Below, piece after piece: positions 8,554-17,966 of a DNA stretch of 64,000 bases. Each line of letters starts with the position of its first letter. Positions within the stretch are counted from its first letter, which is position 1. The notes under the pieces were generated by a model. That model saw only the letters and a list, made by a program, of their open reading frames with translations, did not search any database and was not told the origin of the DNA. The stretch lies in assembly GCA_049322915.1 (NCBI GenBank), contig JBMOPW010000036.1, positions 96,001 to 160,000 on the forward strand. The letters are read 5' to 3'. This DNA comes from Candidatus Zhuqueibacterota bacterium. GTDB lineage: Bacteria > Zhuqueibacterota > Zhuqueibacteria > Thermofontimicrobiales > Thermofontimicrobiaceae. Position numbers and translations under genes: made by a program.

Positions 8554-10527
8554 ATGTCCATGGGGATCGCCTCTGACATCGTCATCATTGTTGTTGCTGC
8601 ATTGATTGGTGGATTAGTTGCTAGATTATTTAAGCAACCTCTGATCTTAGGCTATATCCTTGCTGGAATTTTAATTGGTCCCAATACAGGTGGCGTAACA
8701 GTTTCTAATATTCATGAGATTGAGACATTAGCGGAGATCGGTGTCGCACTTCTTCTCTTTGCAATTGGTCTTGAATTCTCGTTTAATGAACTGAAGCCTG
8801 TTCGTAAAATCGCCTTGATTGGCACACCAATTCAAATAATATTAACAATCGTCTATGGTTATGCCATCGGTCATTTTTGGGGCTGGAGTTGGAACCAATC
8901 GCTTTGGCTTGGGGCAATGATCTCGATATCCAGCACAATGGTTACACTTAAAACCTTAATGAGTCAGGGCTGGATGGGGACTCTTTCCAGTCGAGTAATG
9001 ATTGGCATGTTAATTATTCAGGATTTAGCGATTGTGCCAATGATAATTATCTTGCCCCAGTTGAATAATCCTACGGTTGGTTTGCCATTATTAGGAATAG
9101 CAGTAATCAAGGCTATCATTTTTCTATTAGTGATGATTTTGCTTGGTACAAAATTAATTCCTTATTTATTAAAAAAGATTGCCAGTTGGAATTCCCGTGA
9201 ATTTTTTTTACTCTCAATCGTAACAATGGGATTAGGAATTGGTTATGGCACATATCTTTTTGGTCTTTCATTCGCATTCGGCGCGTTTATTGCTGGGATG
9301 GTTATCAGTGAGTCAGATTATGGCTATCAGGCTTTAAGCGATATTATCCCGCTTCGCGATATTTTCAGTCTGCTTTTTTTTGCATCCGTTGGGATGTTAT
9401 TAGAGCCTGGTTTTATGCTCTTCCATTGGAAAATGATTTTAATTTTAGTTCTGCTCGTGTTGCTCGGAAAAGGTATTATATTTGGTGGGTTAAGCAGATT
9501 TTTTGGTTATCGAAATGTAATACCACTTGCAGTGGGTTTGGGATTATTCCAGATTGGCGAGTTTTCTTTTGTGCTGGCACGATTGGGATTAAATACAAAT
9601 TCCATCGACGCTGAACTTTATTCTTTGCTTCTGTCGACAACAATTGTCACTATGCTAATAACGCCATTTATGTCAAGCTTAACTACACCGCTGTATTCAA
9701 TATATAAAAAGAAATTCAATCATGAGCCTTACCAGATGACAAATCTGCCAAAATCCGGACTGAAGGATCATATTATCATTGCAGGTGGTGGTCGTATCGG
9801 CTGCAATATCGCCAAGGTTTTACATCAACTGAAATTATCATTTATTATTATTGAATTGGACTCGAGAAATTTTGAACAATTGAAAAACATTGGTTTTTCA
9901 GTAGTTTATGGTGATGCGAGTCGTGATGAAGTGCTTGAAGCTGCAAAGGTCAAGCATGCAAAATTACTTCTTATTACGATACCATCGATTATCATTTCAA
10001 GAGTGATCACCGAAAATATCCATAAAATCAATCCATCATTAAGAATTGTTGCCAGAGCTATAAATATAGAGCACATTAAAGATTTGTATGAGCGTGACGT
10101 CTATGAAGTTGTTCAACCGGAATTTGAAGCAAGTCTCGAATTTACTCGTCAGGCATTGCTTCACTTTGATGTTTCAAATAATGATATATTTAAATTTACA
10201 GATTCAATCCGTCGGGAAATGTATACTCCACTTTATGAAGATGAAATACCAGATCGTCCACTTGCCAAACTTAAAAGTGCATCCCATTTATTAGATTTAA
10301 ACTGGATGAATATCATAAAAAATAGTCCTTTAGTTGGGCGATCAATAAAAGAATTACAAATCAGAAGCCAGACAGGCGTTTCTATTGTAGCAGTATTGCG
10401 TGATGATACGCTATATCCGAATCCTGCACCTGATTTTCAATTTTCAGAGAAAGATTTAATCGGTGTTCTTTGTGAACCCAAACAGTTGAATAAATTTCTC
10501 GAATTTGCAAAGTTGCAGTTATTTTAA
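8554..10527 (+). CDS. CPA2-family cation:proton antiporter (Kef/YbaL-like) with TrkA-N and TrkA-C domains
   Basis: [55 protein letters not shown]-terminal RCK-C; visibly AT-rich compared with flanking genes. Confidence 0.92.
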   Translation: MSMGIASDIVIIVVAALIGGLVARLFKQPLILGYILAGILIGPNTGGVTVSNIHEIETLAEIGVALLLFAIGLEFSFNELKPVRKIALIGTPIQIILTIVYGYAIGHFWGWSWNQSLWLGAMISISSTMVTLKTLMSQGWMGTLSSRVMIGMLIIQDLAIVPMIIILPQLNNPTVGLPLLGIAVIKAIIFLLVMILLGTKLIPYLLKKIASWNSREFFLLSIVTMGLGIGYGTYLFGLSFAFGAFIAGMVISESDYGYQALSDIIPLRDIFSLLFFASVGMLLEPGFMLFHWKMILILVLLVLLGKGIIFGGLSRFFGYRNVIPLAVGLGLFQIGEFSFVLARLGLNTNSIDAELYSLLLSTTIVTMLITPFMSSLTTPLYSIYKKKFNHEPYQMTNLPKSGLKDHIIIAGGGRIGCNIAKVLHQLKLSFIIIELDSRNFEQLKNIGFSVVYGDASRDEVLEAAKVKHAKLLLITIPSIIISRVITENIHKINPSLRIVARAINIEHIKDLYERDVYEVVQPEFEASLEFTRQALLHFDVSNNDIFKFTDSIRREMYTPLYEDEIPDRPLAKLKSASHLLDLNWMNIIKNSPLVGRSIKELQIRSQTGVSIVAVLRDDTLYPNPAPDFQFSEKDLIGVLCEPKQLNKFLEFAKLQLF

Positions 10528-10729
10528 TTGGAGATAAATTAAAAGTAGAATTGAAAATTGAAAATTGCAAACTAACCTCTGGATCAACTTGAGCTGAAGG
10601 GCGTTGTTTGAAATCGAATTTTAAGAACATCGCATTACTTATTTAAAAACTGAACGTTCTGTGTAACCTTCGGCAAGTTAGCCAGGCAATAACCGTTGTT
10701 ACGCTTGGGAAATTATTAGGAGAAAAAAT

Positions 10730-12034
10730 TTGAAAGACGTTCTGGTCATTGGCGGCGGCATCGCCGGCATTCAGGCTGCCCTGGATTTGGGAGACATGGG
10801 CATCAAAGTCCATTTGGTGGAAAAGAAACCGAGCATTGGCGGCATCATGGCGCAGCTCGATAAGACATTTCCCACAAACGACTGTTCTATATGAATTCTG
10901 GCGCCGAAAATGCTGGATGTCGGTCGGCATCCAAATGTGAACATCCTGGCCTACAGCGAAGTGCTGGACATTCAGGGTACCATCGGAAATTTCGATGTCA
11001 CAGTGAAGAAAAAAGCGCGCTACGTTAAAGAAGATATCTGCAATGCATGCGGGGATTGCGTGGCCAAGTGTCCGACGCGAAAGATCCCCGATGCGTTCGA
11101 TATGGGATTGCGCATGCGCCGGGCGGTCTATCTTTATTTTTCCCAGGGTATACCGGCGGTAATGACCATCGACGCGGAGCATTGTCTCTATCTCCAAAAA
11201 GGCAAGTGCGGCGTCTGCCAGAAGGCCTGCGTCAAGGGCGCTATCGATTACGAGCAGAAAGATCAGTTGCTGAATCTGGACGTGGGAGCGATTGTCATGG
11301 CCACAGGCCTGGATGTATTCGATCCGACGCATTTGACCCACTACGGCTATCGCCGGTTGAAAAATGTCATCACCGGCCTGGAATACGAACGGCTCATCAA
11401 TGCCACCGGCCCCACCGGCGGCCATTTGAACCGGCCGTCGGATGGCCAGTTGGCGCACAAGGTCGCCTATGTTCAGTGCGTGGGTTCGCGGGATTTCAAC
11501 AATTGCAATTATTGCTCGAGCGTCTGCTGCATGTACGCCATTAAAGATGCCATGCTGGGTCGCGAGCATGACCCGGATTCGGATTCCTATATTTTCCACA
11601 CGGACTTCCGAAATGTTGGGAAATGGTTTCAGAAGTACGAAATCCGCGGGAAAGAGGAATATGGGATCAACTACATTCGCGGGCGAGTGGCAGAAATTAC
11701 CGTCGGCGAGAATGACAATCCGATTCTGTGGTACGAAGACACGGAAACACGCGAGGTGAATCAGCTACAAGTGGACATGGTGGTGCTGTCCACTGCGGCC
11801 AAGCCGGCTGTTGGCTCGGATATTCTGGCCGCAAAAATGGGCGTGAAATTGAACGAGCACGGATTTGTGGATACGCATCTGCCATTTCCCAACGACACCA
11901 ATGTGCCCGGCATTTTCGGCTGCGGATTTTGCCTGGGCCCGGCTGATATTCCTGAATCGGTGGCCCAGGCCAGCGCAGCCGCCAATCGCGCTGCGGAGGT
12001 GGTGTTTCTGGAACAGGCCAGGTCCCAGGCATGA
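10730..12034 (+). CDS. hdrA: HdrA-like flavoprotein, probable selenoprotein (in-frame TGA at 10892-10894)
   Basis: TTG start after [25 protein letters not shown]...[29 protein letters not shown] is in frame with the 10910 ORF; the TGA occupies the second Cys position of the DCxxC motif. Confidence 0.9.
10914..10933 (+). promoter_or_regulatory. Candidate bacterial SECIS hairpin
   Basis: tggatgtc-ggtc-ggcatcca stem-loop with a G-initiated loop about 20 nt downstream of the TGA. Confidence 0.7.
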
Positions 12035-12223
12035 TTGAACAGACGCGATTCCGTAGCGCAGCGGCTTACCATAAAAAAGTGCGTTCCGAAAAATATTAAA
12101 GGGCGTGAACAGGGTGGAAGGCATTCACGTGCTCAGCTTGAATGGCGGAGTTCGTCGCTAATTTTATGATTAGAGATTCTCAATAAGACAAATCCCAAAG
12201 GGTGATAATTTGAGGGAGTCCTC

Positions 12224-13897
12224 ATGCAAGAAATTCGTATCGGAGTTTTCGTTTGTAACTGCGGCAGTAACATCGCTGGCTTCTTGAACTGTACAGACAT
12301 CGCGGAGTATTCGAAATCGCTGCCTCACGTGGTTTTCACCCGTGAAAATCTGTTCTCCTGTTCCGAAGCCGGCGTGAGCGACATCAAGAAAGCGATCATC
12401 GAAAACAAGCTGAACCGCGTGGTAGTGGCAGCCTGCACACCGCGGACGCACGAGCCCACATTCCGCGCTGCGTGCCAGGAGGCCGGGATGAATCCGTTCC
12501 AGTTCGAGTTTGTCAACATTCGCGAGCACTGTTCCTGGGCGCACAAGAACGAGCGGGACCTGGCAACGACCAAAGCCAAAGATCTGATTCGCATGGGCGT
12601 GGCGCGCGCTGCGCTGCTTGAACCCCAGGTGAGTATTGTCGCCAATGTGGAGCCATCGGCTCTGGTCATCGGCGGAGGCATCGCCGGAATGACCGCGGCG
12701 AAATCATTGGCGGACCGCGGCTTTCACGTGACGTTGGTGGAACGCGCGCCGGAATTGGGCGGAATGATCAGACGGCTCAATAAAATCCTCCCGGGCGAAA
12801 TCGACGCGGAGACAATGATTCAGGAAAAAATGAACGCTGTTCGCGGCAATAAAAACATCTCGGTACTCACCCGCCACACGGTCTCTGATATTGCCGGCTA
12901 CGTTGGAAATTACATGGCGACCATTCGCGATTCCGGCGGTGGTGAACAGAAGAAAAAAGTTGGCATCATCATTCTGGCGACCGGGGCTCAGGTGCTCACG
13001 CCGGATGGATTGTACAATTACAACGGCAGCACAATCATCAGCCAGTTGGAACTGGAGTCGAAGCTGAAATCCGGGAAAATCAAGGCCGACACCGTGGTGA
13101 TGATTCAGTGCGTCGGGTCGCGGAACCGCGATCGGGTGTACTGCTCCAGAATTTGCTGCATGACCTCGATTAAGAATGCCATTCTGCTGAAACAGCAGAG
13201 GCCGTCGCGTCGCGTGTTCATCCTGTATCGGGATCTCATGTGTTACGGCGTCGAGAATGAGGATCTGCTTCGCCGGGCAAAGGCGCTGGGCGTGCGATTC
13301 ATTAAATTTTCCGAGCATCAGCCGCCGAAAATCGACGGACTGACCGTGACGGTATTCAATGATGTGCTGGGCCGCGAAATGGAAGTGCCAGCGGATTTGA
13401 TCGCGCTGGCAACGCCGTTCATCCCCAGCGATGGGGTAGAGGATATTTCCAAAATGCTCAAGGTGCCGTTGGATGAATATAAATTTTTCCTCGAGGCCCA
13501 TATCAAATTGAGGCCGCTGGATTTTGCCACGGACGGCATTTACGTCTGCGGAACCGCCCATTGGCCGGCGTCGACGGCGGAGTCAATTTTTCAGGCGCTG
13601 GGCGCTGCGGCGCGCGCGTCCATCCATTTGACGCGGAGAGAGGTGGAGGTGGAGCCCATTGTGTCCATGCTGGTGGATGAGGATATTTGCCGCGGCTGCG
13701 GACTCTGCGCCTCAGTCTGTCCCTACGGCGCCATCGAGATGATACAGACAGCCAAAGGCATAAAAGCTAATATCGTGGCTGTCGCCTGTAAAGGCTGCGG
13801 CACCTGCGGGGCAACGTGTTACACCCACGCCATCCGCATGAACCATTTCACGGACGAACAATTATTGGCGCAGATCGAGACTGCGTTTCGAGAGTAG
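12224..13897 (+). CDS. hdrA: HdrA-like flavoprotein
   Basis: [44 protein letters not shown]...CSRICC, C-terminal 2x[4Fe-4S]. Confidence 0.93.
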   Translation: MQEIRIGVFVCNCGSNIAGFLNCTDIAEYSKSLPHVVFTRENLFSCSEAGVSDIKKAIIENKLNRVVVAACTPRTHEPTFRAACQEAGMNPFQFEFVNIREHCSWAHKNERDLATTKAKDLIRMGVARAALLEPQVSIVANVEPSALVIGGGIAGMTAAKSLADRGFHVTLVERAPELGGMIRRLNKILPGEIDAETMIQEKMNAVRGNKNISVLTRHTVSDIAGYVGNYMATIRDSGGGEQKKKVGIIILATGAQVLTPDGLYNYNGSTIISQLELESKLKSGKIKADTVVMIQCVGSRNRDRVYCSRICCMTSIKNAILLKQQRPSRRVFILYRDLMCYGVENEDLLRRAKALGVRFIKFSEHQPPKIDGLTVTVFNDVLGREMEVPADLIALATPFIPSDGVEDISKMLKVPLDEYKFFLEAHIKLRPLDFATDGIYVCGTAHWPASTAESIFQALGAAARASIHLTRREVEVEPIVSMLVDEDICRGCGLCASVCPYGAIEMIQTAKGIKANIVAVACKGCGTCGATCYTHAIRMNHFTDEQLLAQIETAFRE

Positions 13898-14050
13898 GTT
13901 AAAAAATGAATCGCGCAGAGACGCTAAGAAAAAAGTAAATGGTTTTTGTGATCTCTTCGGCTTCGCGTTAAATAAAATTAGAAAAGATAAATACCCGCAT
14001 CCGCGGAATAGACAGGTCTCATCAATTAATCAACTTAAGAAGGAACAAAA

Positions 14051-14821
14051 ATGTCGGAAAATTTCCATCCCAATATCCTCGCATTTTGCTGCAACTGGTG
14101 AGCGTACGGCGCAGCAGACCTCGCCGGGGTTGCGAGGCTTCAGTATAGTCCTGACATTCGAATCATCCGCGTGATGTGCTCCGGGCGAGTCGACCCGGTC
14201 CTGATCATCGAGGGCTTTATCAGCGGCGCGGACGGTGTGTTTGTCGGGGCGTGTCTCCCCGGGGAATGTCATTATTCCTCAGGGAATTTCCATGCCAAAA
14301 GTAAAATTCTGATGACGCAGAAAATTTTGCACCACGCCGGCATTCATCCGGAGCGTCTTTCTTTCAAAATGATGTCCAGCGCCGAAGGCGGCAAGTTTGT
14401 CTCGTTCGTCACCGAGTTCCAGAACCAGATTCGTGCGCTCGGTCCCATGGGTTCCAGTGAGAACATGTCCCGCGATGAAATGAACATCAAATTCTCAGCG
14501 GCCCGACAAGCGGTGGAGGGCAAAAAACTTCGCTGGGTGGTCGGCAAGCGACAGGAATTTCTCGAAAAGGGAAATCTCTACGGCGAAAAATTTACCGAAC
14601 ACGAGATTCATCGCCTGTTTGAAGAGGTGGTCATGGACGAATTGGCGATTCAGGAGATACTCATTCGGGCCAAAGACAAACCGCTCAGCGCGCGGAATCT
14701 GGCGGAGCAATTGCGCCTGCCGCCAAAACGGGTATTGCGCCAATTGGTGGATATGCGCCGGATGGGCATTATCAAAATTGTCGCTGTGGAGGAGAAATCG
14801 CCGCTGTGGCTGGCCTGTTGA
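14051..14821 (+). CDS. mvhD: MvhD-like subunit, probable selenoprotein (TGA at 14099-14101), with a C-terminal extension ending in a winged-helix-like segment
   Basis: ATG after AAGGA; MSENFHPNILAFCCNW-TGA-AYGAADLAG...IRVMCSGRVDP...GACLPGECHY is in frame with the 14171 ORF; tail LSARNLAEQLRLPPKRVLRQLVDMRRMGII. Confidence 0.9.
14119..14137 (+). promoter_or_regulatory. Candidate bacterial SECIS hairpin
   Basis: cctcgc-cggggtt-gcgagg stem-loop 17 nt downstream of the TGA. Confidence 0.65.
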
Positions 14822-15036
14822 TTCCGCCTGTTCAGAATGGCGACTGCTTCCGCTTCGATAGAATTCGTCGTTGGGGCAGGAGTCTGCTTTTGAATCACAG
14901 GTGTGGCGCGACGCAATCGGTCTTGTCCCAACGTCAGCCTGGCCGTTCTGTTGATAGAAATGAAAAGTGAAGCATTTTTACAAATGGAGGGGAGGTAGCT
15001 CCCTTGAGGTTGTCATCTTTTGAGGAGGAAGGTACC

Positions 15037-16113
15037 ATGCACAAAACAATAATTCGCATTCTCATCTGGGGAATTCTTATGCTGATCACAGCCGGGCATC
15101 CGGCGAACGCTCAAATCACCGTCACTGCCAGCGATGCACCGAGCTCCCCGGATATTTATTTTGAAATGAAGTATGCAAAGGATGTCGCGGTAAGTCCCGG
15201 CCTGGCCGGTGCAAATCAATACTGGGACTTCAGCAATCTGAATGTCTCGGGCATAACGATGTGGCGGCCGGTCCCTCCGGAAACCACGCCGTTCATCCAT
15301 CGGTTTCCCTCGTCAAATCTCGTCTACAAAGTGACGGAAACCGGCAACGACACGATCACCTATAATTATGCCCAGAAGACGGAGACCGCGCTGACCGAAC
15401 TGGGGCAGGGTAAAAAAGTGGGCGACGAGACGACCCTGCTTTTGGTCGCCAAACGCGCGACTCCGAAGCTCAACCTGCCGGCGACCTACGGCGATATGCA
15501 GTGGGCGTCGGTGCTGGAAGTGGATTCATCGCTGGGCGTGTTGGATGTGACCATCATCGATTCCAGCTACAACACGATTGACGCCTGGGGGACAATTAAA
15601 ACAGCGTTCGGCGAATTCTCCTGTCTGCGAATCCGGCAGGATCATAGCCAGATCGCCTATACCATGCTGGGCGCTATTCCCATTGAAGTGAATATCAATT
15701 ATTTCTGGGTGACCAATGAAAAAGGGATTTTGATGACGATGACGGGCAAGCACAATGAATTGAATCCCAATTATTCCGTGGCAAAAAGTGTGAACATCAT
15801 GTCGACTTACCTGACCGCCGTCGATGAGCAACCGCAGCCGACCCTCCCTGCGGAGTTTTCGCTGCTGCAGAATTATCCCAATCCATTCAATCCGAGCACG
15901 ACCATCCGCTATCGGCTGGATCAACCGGCAGATGTCAGATTGAAAATATTCAATATTGCCGGCCAGGAAGTTGGTTTGCTGGTGCAGGAGCAACAGGTGC
16001 CGGGCGACTATTCGCTGGAATGGAATGCAGCGCACTTGCCCTCCGGCGTGTATTACTATCACATTCAGGCCGGGGATAAAAACCTGTCCCGGGCATGCGT
16101 CTTGTTGAAATAG
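15037..16113 (+). CDS. Secreted protein with a C-terminal T9SS-type/FlgD-Ig sorting domain
   Basis: Signal peptide (..HPANA|QITV); C-terminus LLQNYPNPFNPSTTIRY...GVYYY; ATG after GAGGAGG. Confidence 0.85.
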   Translation: MHKTIIRILIWGILMLITAGHPANAQITVTASDAPSSPDIYFEMKYAKDVAVSPGLAGANQYWDFSNLNVSGITMWRPVPPETTPFIHRFPSSNLVYKVTETGNDTITYNYAQKTETALTELGQGKKVGDETTLLLVAKRATPKLNLPATYGDMQWASVLEVDSSLGVLDVTIIDSSYNTIDAWGTIKTAFGEFSCLRIRQDHSQIAYTMLGAIPIEVNINYFWVTNEKGILMTMTGKHNELNPNYSVAKSVNIMSTYLTAVDEQPQPTLPAEFSLLQNYPNPFNPSTTIRYRLDQPADVRLKIFNIAGQEVGLLVQEQQVPGDYSLEWNAAHLPSGVYYYHIQAGDKNLSRACVLLK

Positions 16114-16220
16114 CATTAGCACCAGTTTTGCCCCGAAATCATTCGAAGTGCAGGAATGAATTCAGCCATTAAATAATCGACCCCGAATTCAACTGTAAAA
16201 AAGGGAAATCAGGAATTTCT

Positions 16221-17933
16221 ATGGGTGAAGATAACACGAAACGAACGGGCACTGTTTTGGTCTGTGGCGCAGGCGTCACTGGCATGCAAACCGCACTGGA
16301 ACTGGCTAATTCCGGCGCTAAAGTCTATCTGCTGGAAACGCGGCCCACTATTGGCGGGGCCATGTCGCAACTGGACCGCACCTATGAAAACGGCATCCCG
16401 GCCATTTGTCAGATGGCGCCCGGCTTTGACGCGATTGAACAGCATCCCAATATTGAGGTGATCACGCATGCTGATTTGTTGAAAGTGACCAAGCGCGACG
16501 GGTCATTCGAAGTGAGTTTTCGGAAAAATCCCACCCGCGTGGATGAGCGCTGCATCGATTGCGGCGCGTGCGTGCAGGTGTGTCCGATTAAACCGCTCAA
16601 CGCGTTCGAAGAGGGATTGTCCCTGCGAACCGCAATCGACATTAACAGCAAAAGTTTTAATTCTTTCATCTATAATATTGAAAAGGAAACGCCCATCTGC
16701 CAGGAAACCTGTCCTGTGCATATCGATATTCGAAAATATATTGGTCTGATTGCCGATGGCCGTTACCTGGACGCGCTGGCCGTGATACGCGAGAAGAATC
16801 CCTTGCCGGCAATCTGTGGCCGTGTCTGCAACCATCCCTGCGAAGGCGCGTGCAATCGCGGTCGCCAGGATGAGCCGGTGGCCATTGATGCGCTGAAACG
16901 TTTCGTCTCTGATTATGAATTGCAGCTCCGAAAGCAGGGCAAACTTCCCAAACCGTCGACGCCGGCCATCAACAAAAAGCTGGGCAAGGTGGCTGTCGTG
17001 GGTTCAGGGCCGGCTGGATTGACTGTGGCCCACGATCTGGCGCTGCAGGGAATCGCTTCGACTATTTTCGAAGAAGCGCCGGTGCCGGGCGGCATGTTGT
17101 GGCTGGCAATTCCGGAGTATCGTCTGCCGCGGGACATCATTCAAACAGAGGTCGATTATATCTGCGATATGGGCGTTGAACTGAAATTGAACACGCCCAT
17201 CAATAAAGAATACACCGTTGACCACCTGCTCAAAGAGGGCTACAAAGCCGTGTTCATGGGAATTGGCGCTCATCAGGGATTGAAGCTGGGCGTTCCGGGA
17301 GAAGATGATTTCCAAGGTTTTCTCGACTGCATCGTCTTCCTGCGGCGCGTGAATCTGGGCGACACAACCAAGCCTGGCCGAAAAGTGGTGGTGATCGGCG
17401 GAGGCAATTCCGCCATCGACGCAGCCCGGACTGCCCTGCGATTGGGCTCGGAAGAGGTGCACATTGTGTACCGGCGCACCATCGCCGAAATGCCGGCCAA
17501 TCCCTGGGAAATTGAGGAAGCTCAAAAAGAGGGCGTGAAGATCTCATTGCTCGCTGCCCCGGTGGAAATTATCGGCGAAAATGGCAAAGTCGTGGCCATG
17601 AAGTGCATCCGCATGACGTTGGGCAAGCTGGACGCCAGCGGGCGCCGGCGGCCCGTCCCGCTGGAAGGCTCGGAGTTCACTATTGAAACAGATATCATTG
17701 TGCCGTCCATCAGTCAGCAACCCAACCTGGATTTCCTGCACGAAGGGCATGGATTGTCCATCAATAAATGGAACTCGTTCGACATTAACTCGCGAACCAT
17801 GCAGACCAATCGTCCGGAAATATTCGCCGGCGGCGATTCCGTCACGGGGCCGGCGACAGTCATTCAGGCCATTGCAGCCGGCCATCAGGCGGCTGCCTCC
17901 ATGGCCAGGTTTGTCAGGGGTGAAAAAATTTGA
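16221..17933 (+). CDS. HdrA N-terminal part fused to a GltD/NfnB-like pyridine nucleotide-disulfide oxidoreductase (HdrL-like, part 1)
   Basis: LVCGAGVTG...HPNIE (HdrA), CQETCP...ICGRVCNHPCE, VVGSGPAG, VIGGGNSAIDAAR, FAGGD. Confidence 0.88.
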   Translation: MGEDNTKRTGTVLVCGAGVTGMQTALELANSGAKVYLLETRPTIGGAMSQLDRTYENGIPAICQMAPGFDAIEQHPNIEVITHADLLKVTKRDGSFEVSFRKNPTRVDERCIDCGACVQVCPIKPLNAFEEGLSLRTAIDINSKSFNSFIYNIEKETPICQETCPVHIDIRKYIGLIADGRYLDALAVIREKNPLPAICGRVCNHPCEGACNRGRQDEPVAIDALKRFVSDYELQLRKQGKLPKPSTPAINKKLGKVAVVGSGPAGLTVAHDLALQGIASTIFEEAPVPGGMLWLAIPEYRLPRDIIQTEVDYICDMGVELKLNTPINKEYTVDHLLKEGYKAVFMGIGAHQGLKLGVPGEDDFQGFLDCIVFLRRVNLGDTTKPGRKVVVIGGGNSAIDAARTALRLGSEEVHIVYRRTIAEMPANPWEIEEAQKEGVKISLLAAPVEIIGENGKVVAMKCIRMTLGKLDASGRRRPVPLEGSEFTIETDIIVPSISQQPNLDFLHEGHGLSINKWNSFDINSRTMQTNRPEIFAGGDSVTGPATVIQAIAAGHQAAASMARFVRGEKI

Positions 17934-17966
17934 AGCTAAATCAGGATCATAAAACCGGGATCGTCC

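Noticed and set aside
17931..17966. Possible Sec readthrough joining the two HdrL-like ORFs (same frame, TGA stop)
   Set aside because: An in-frame TAA follows two codons later and the position is not a Cys-equivalent site
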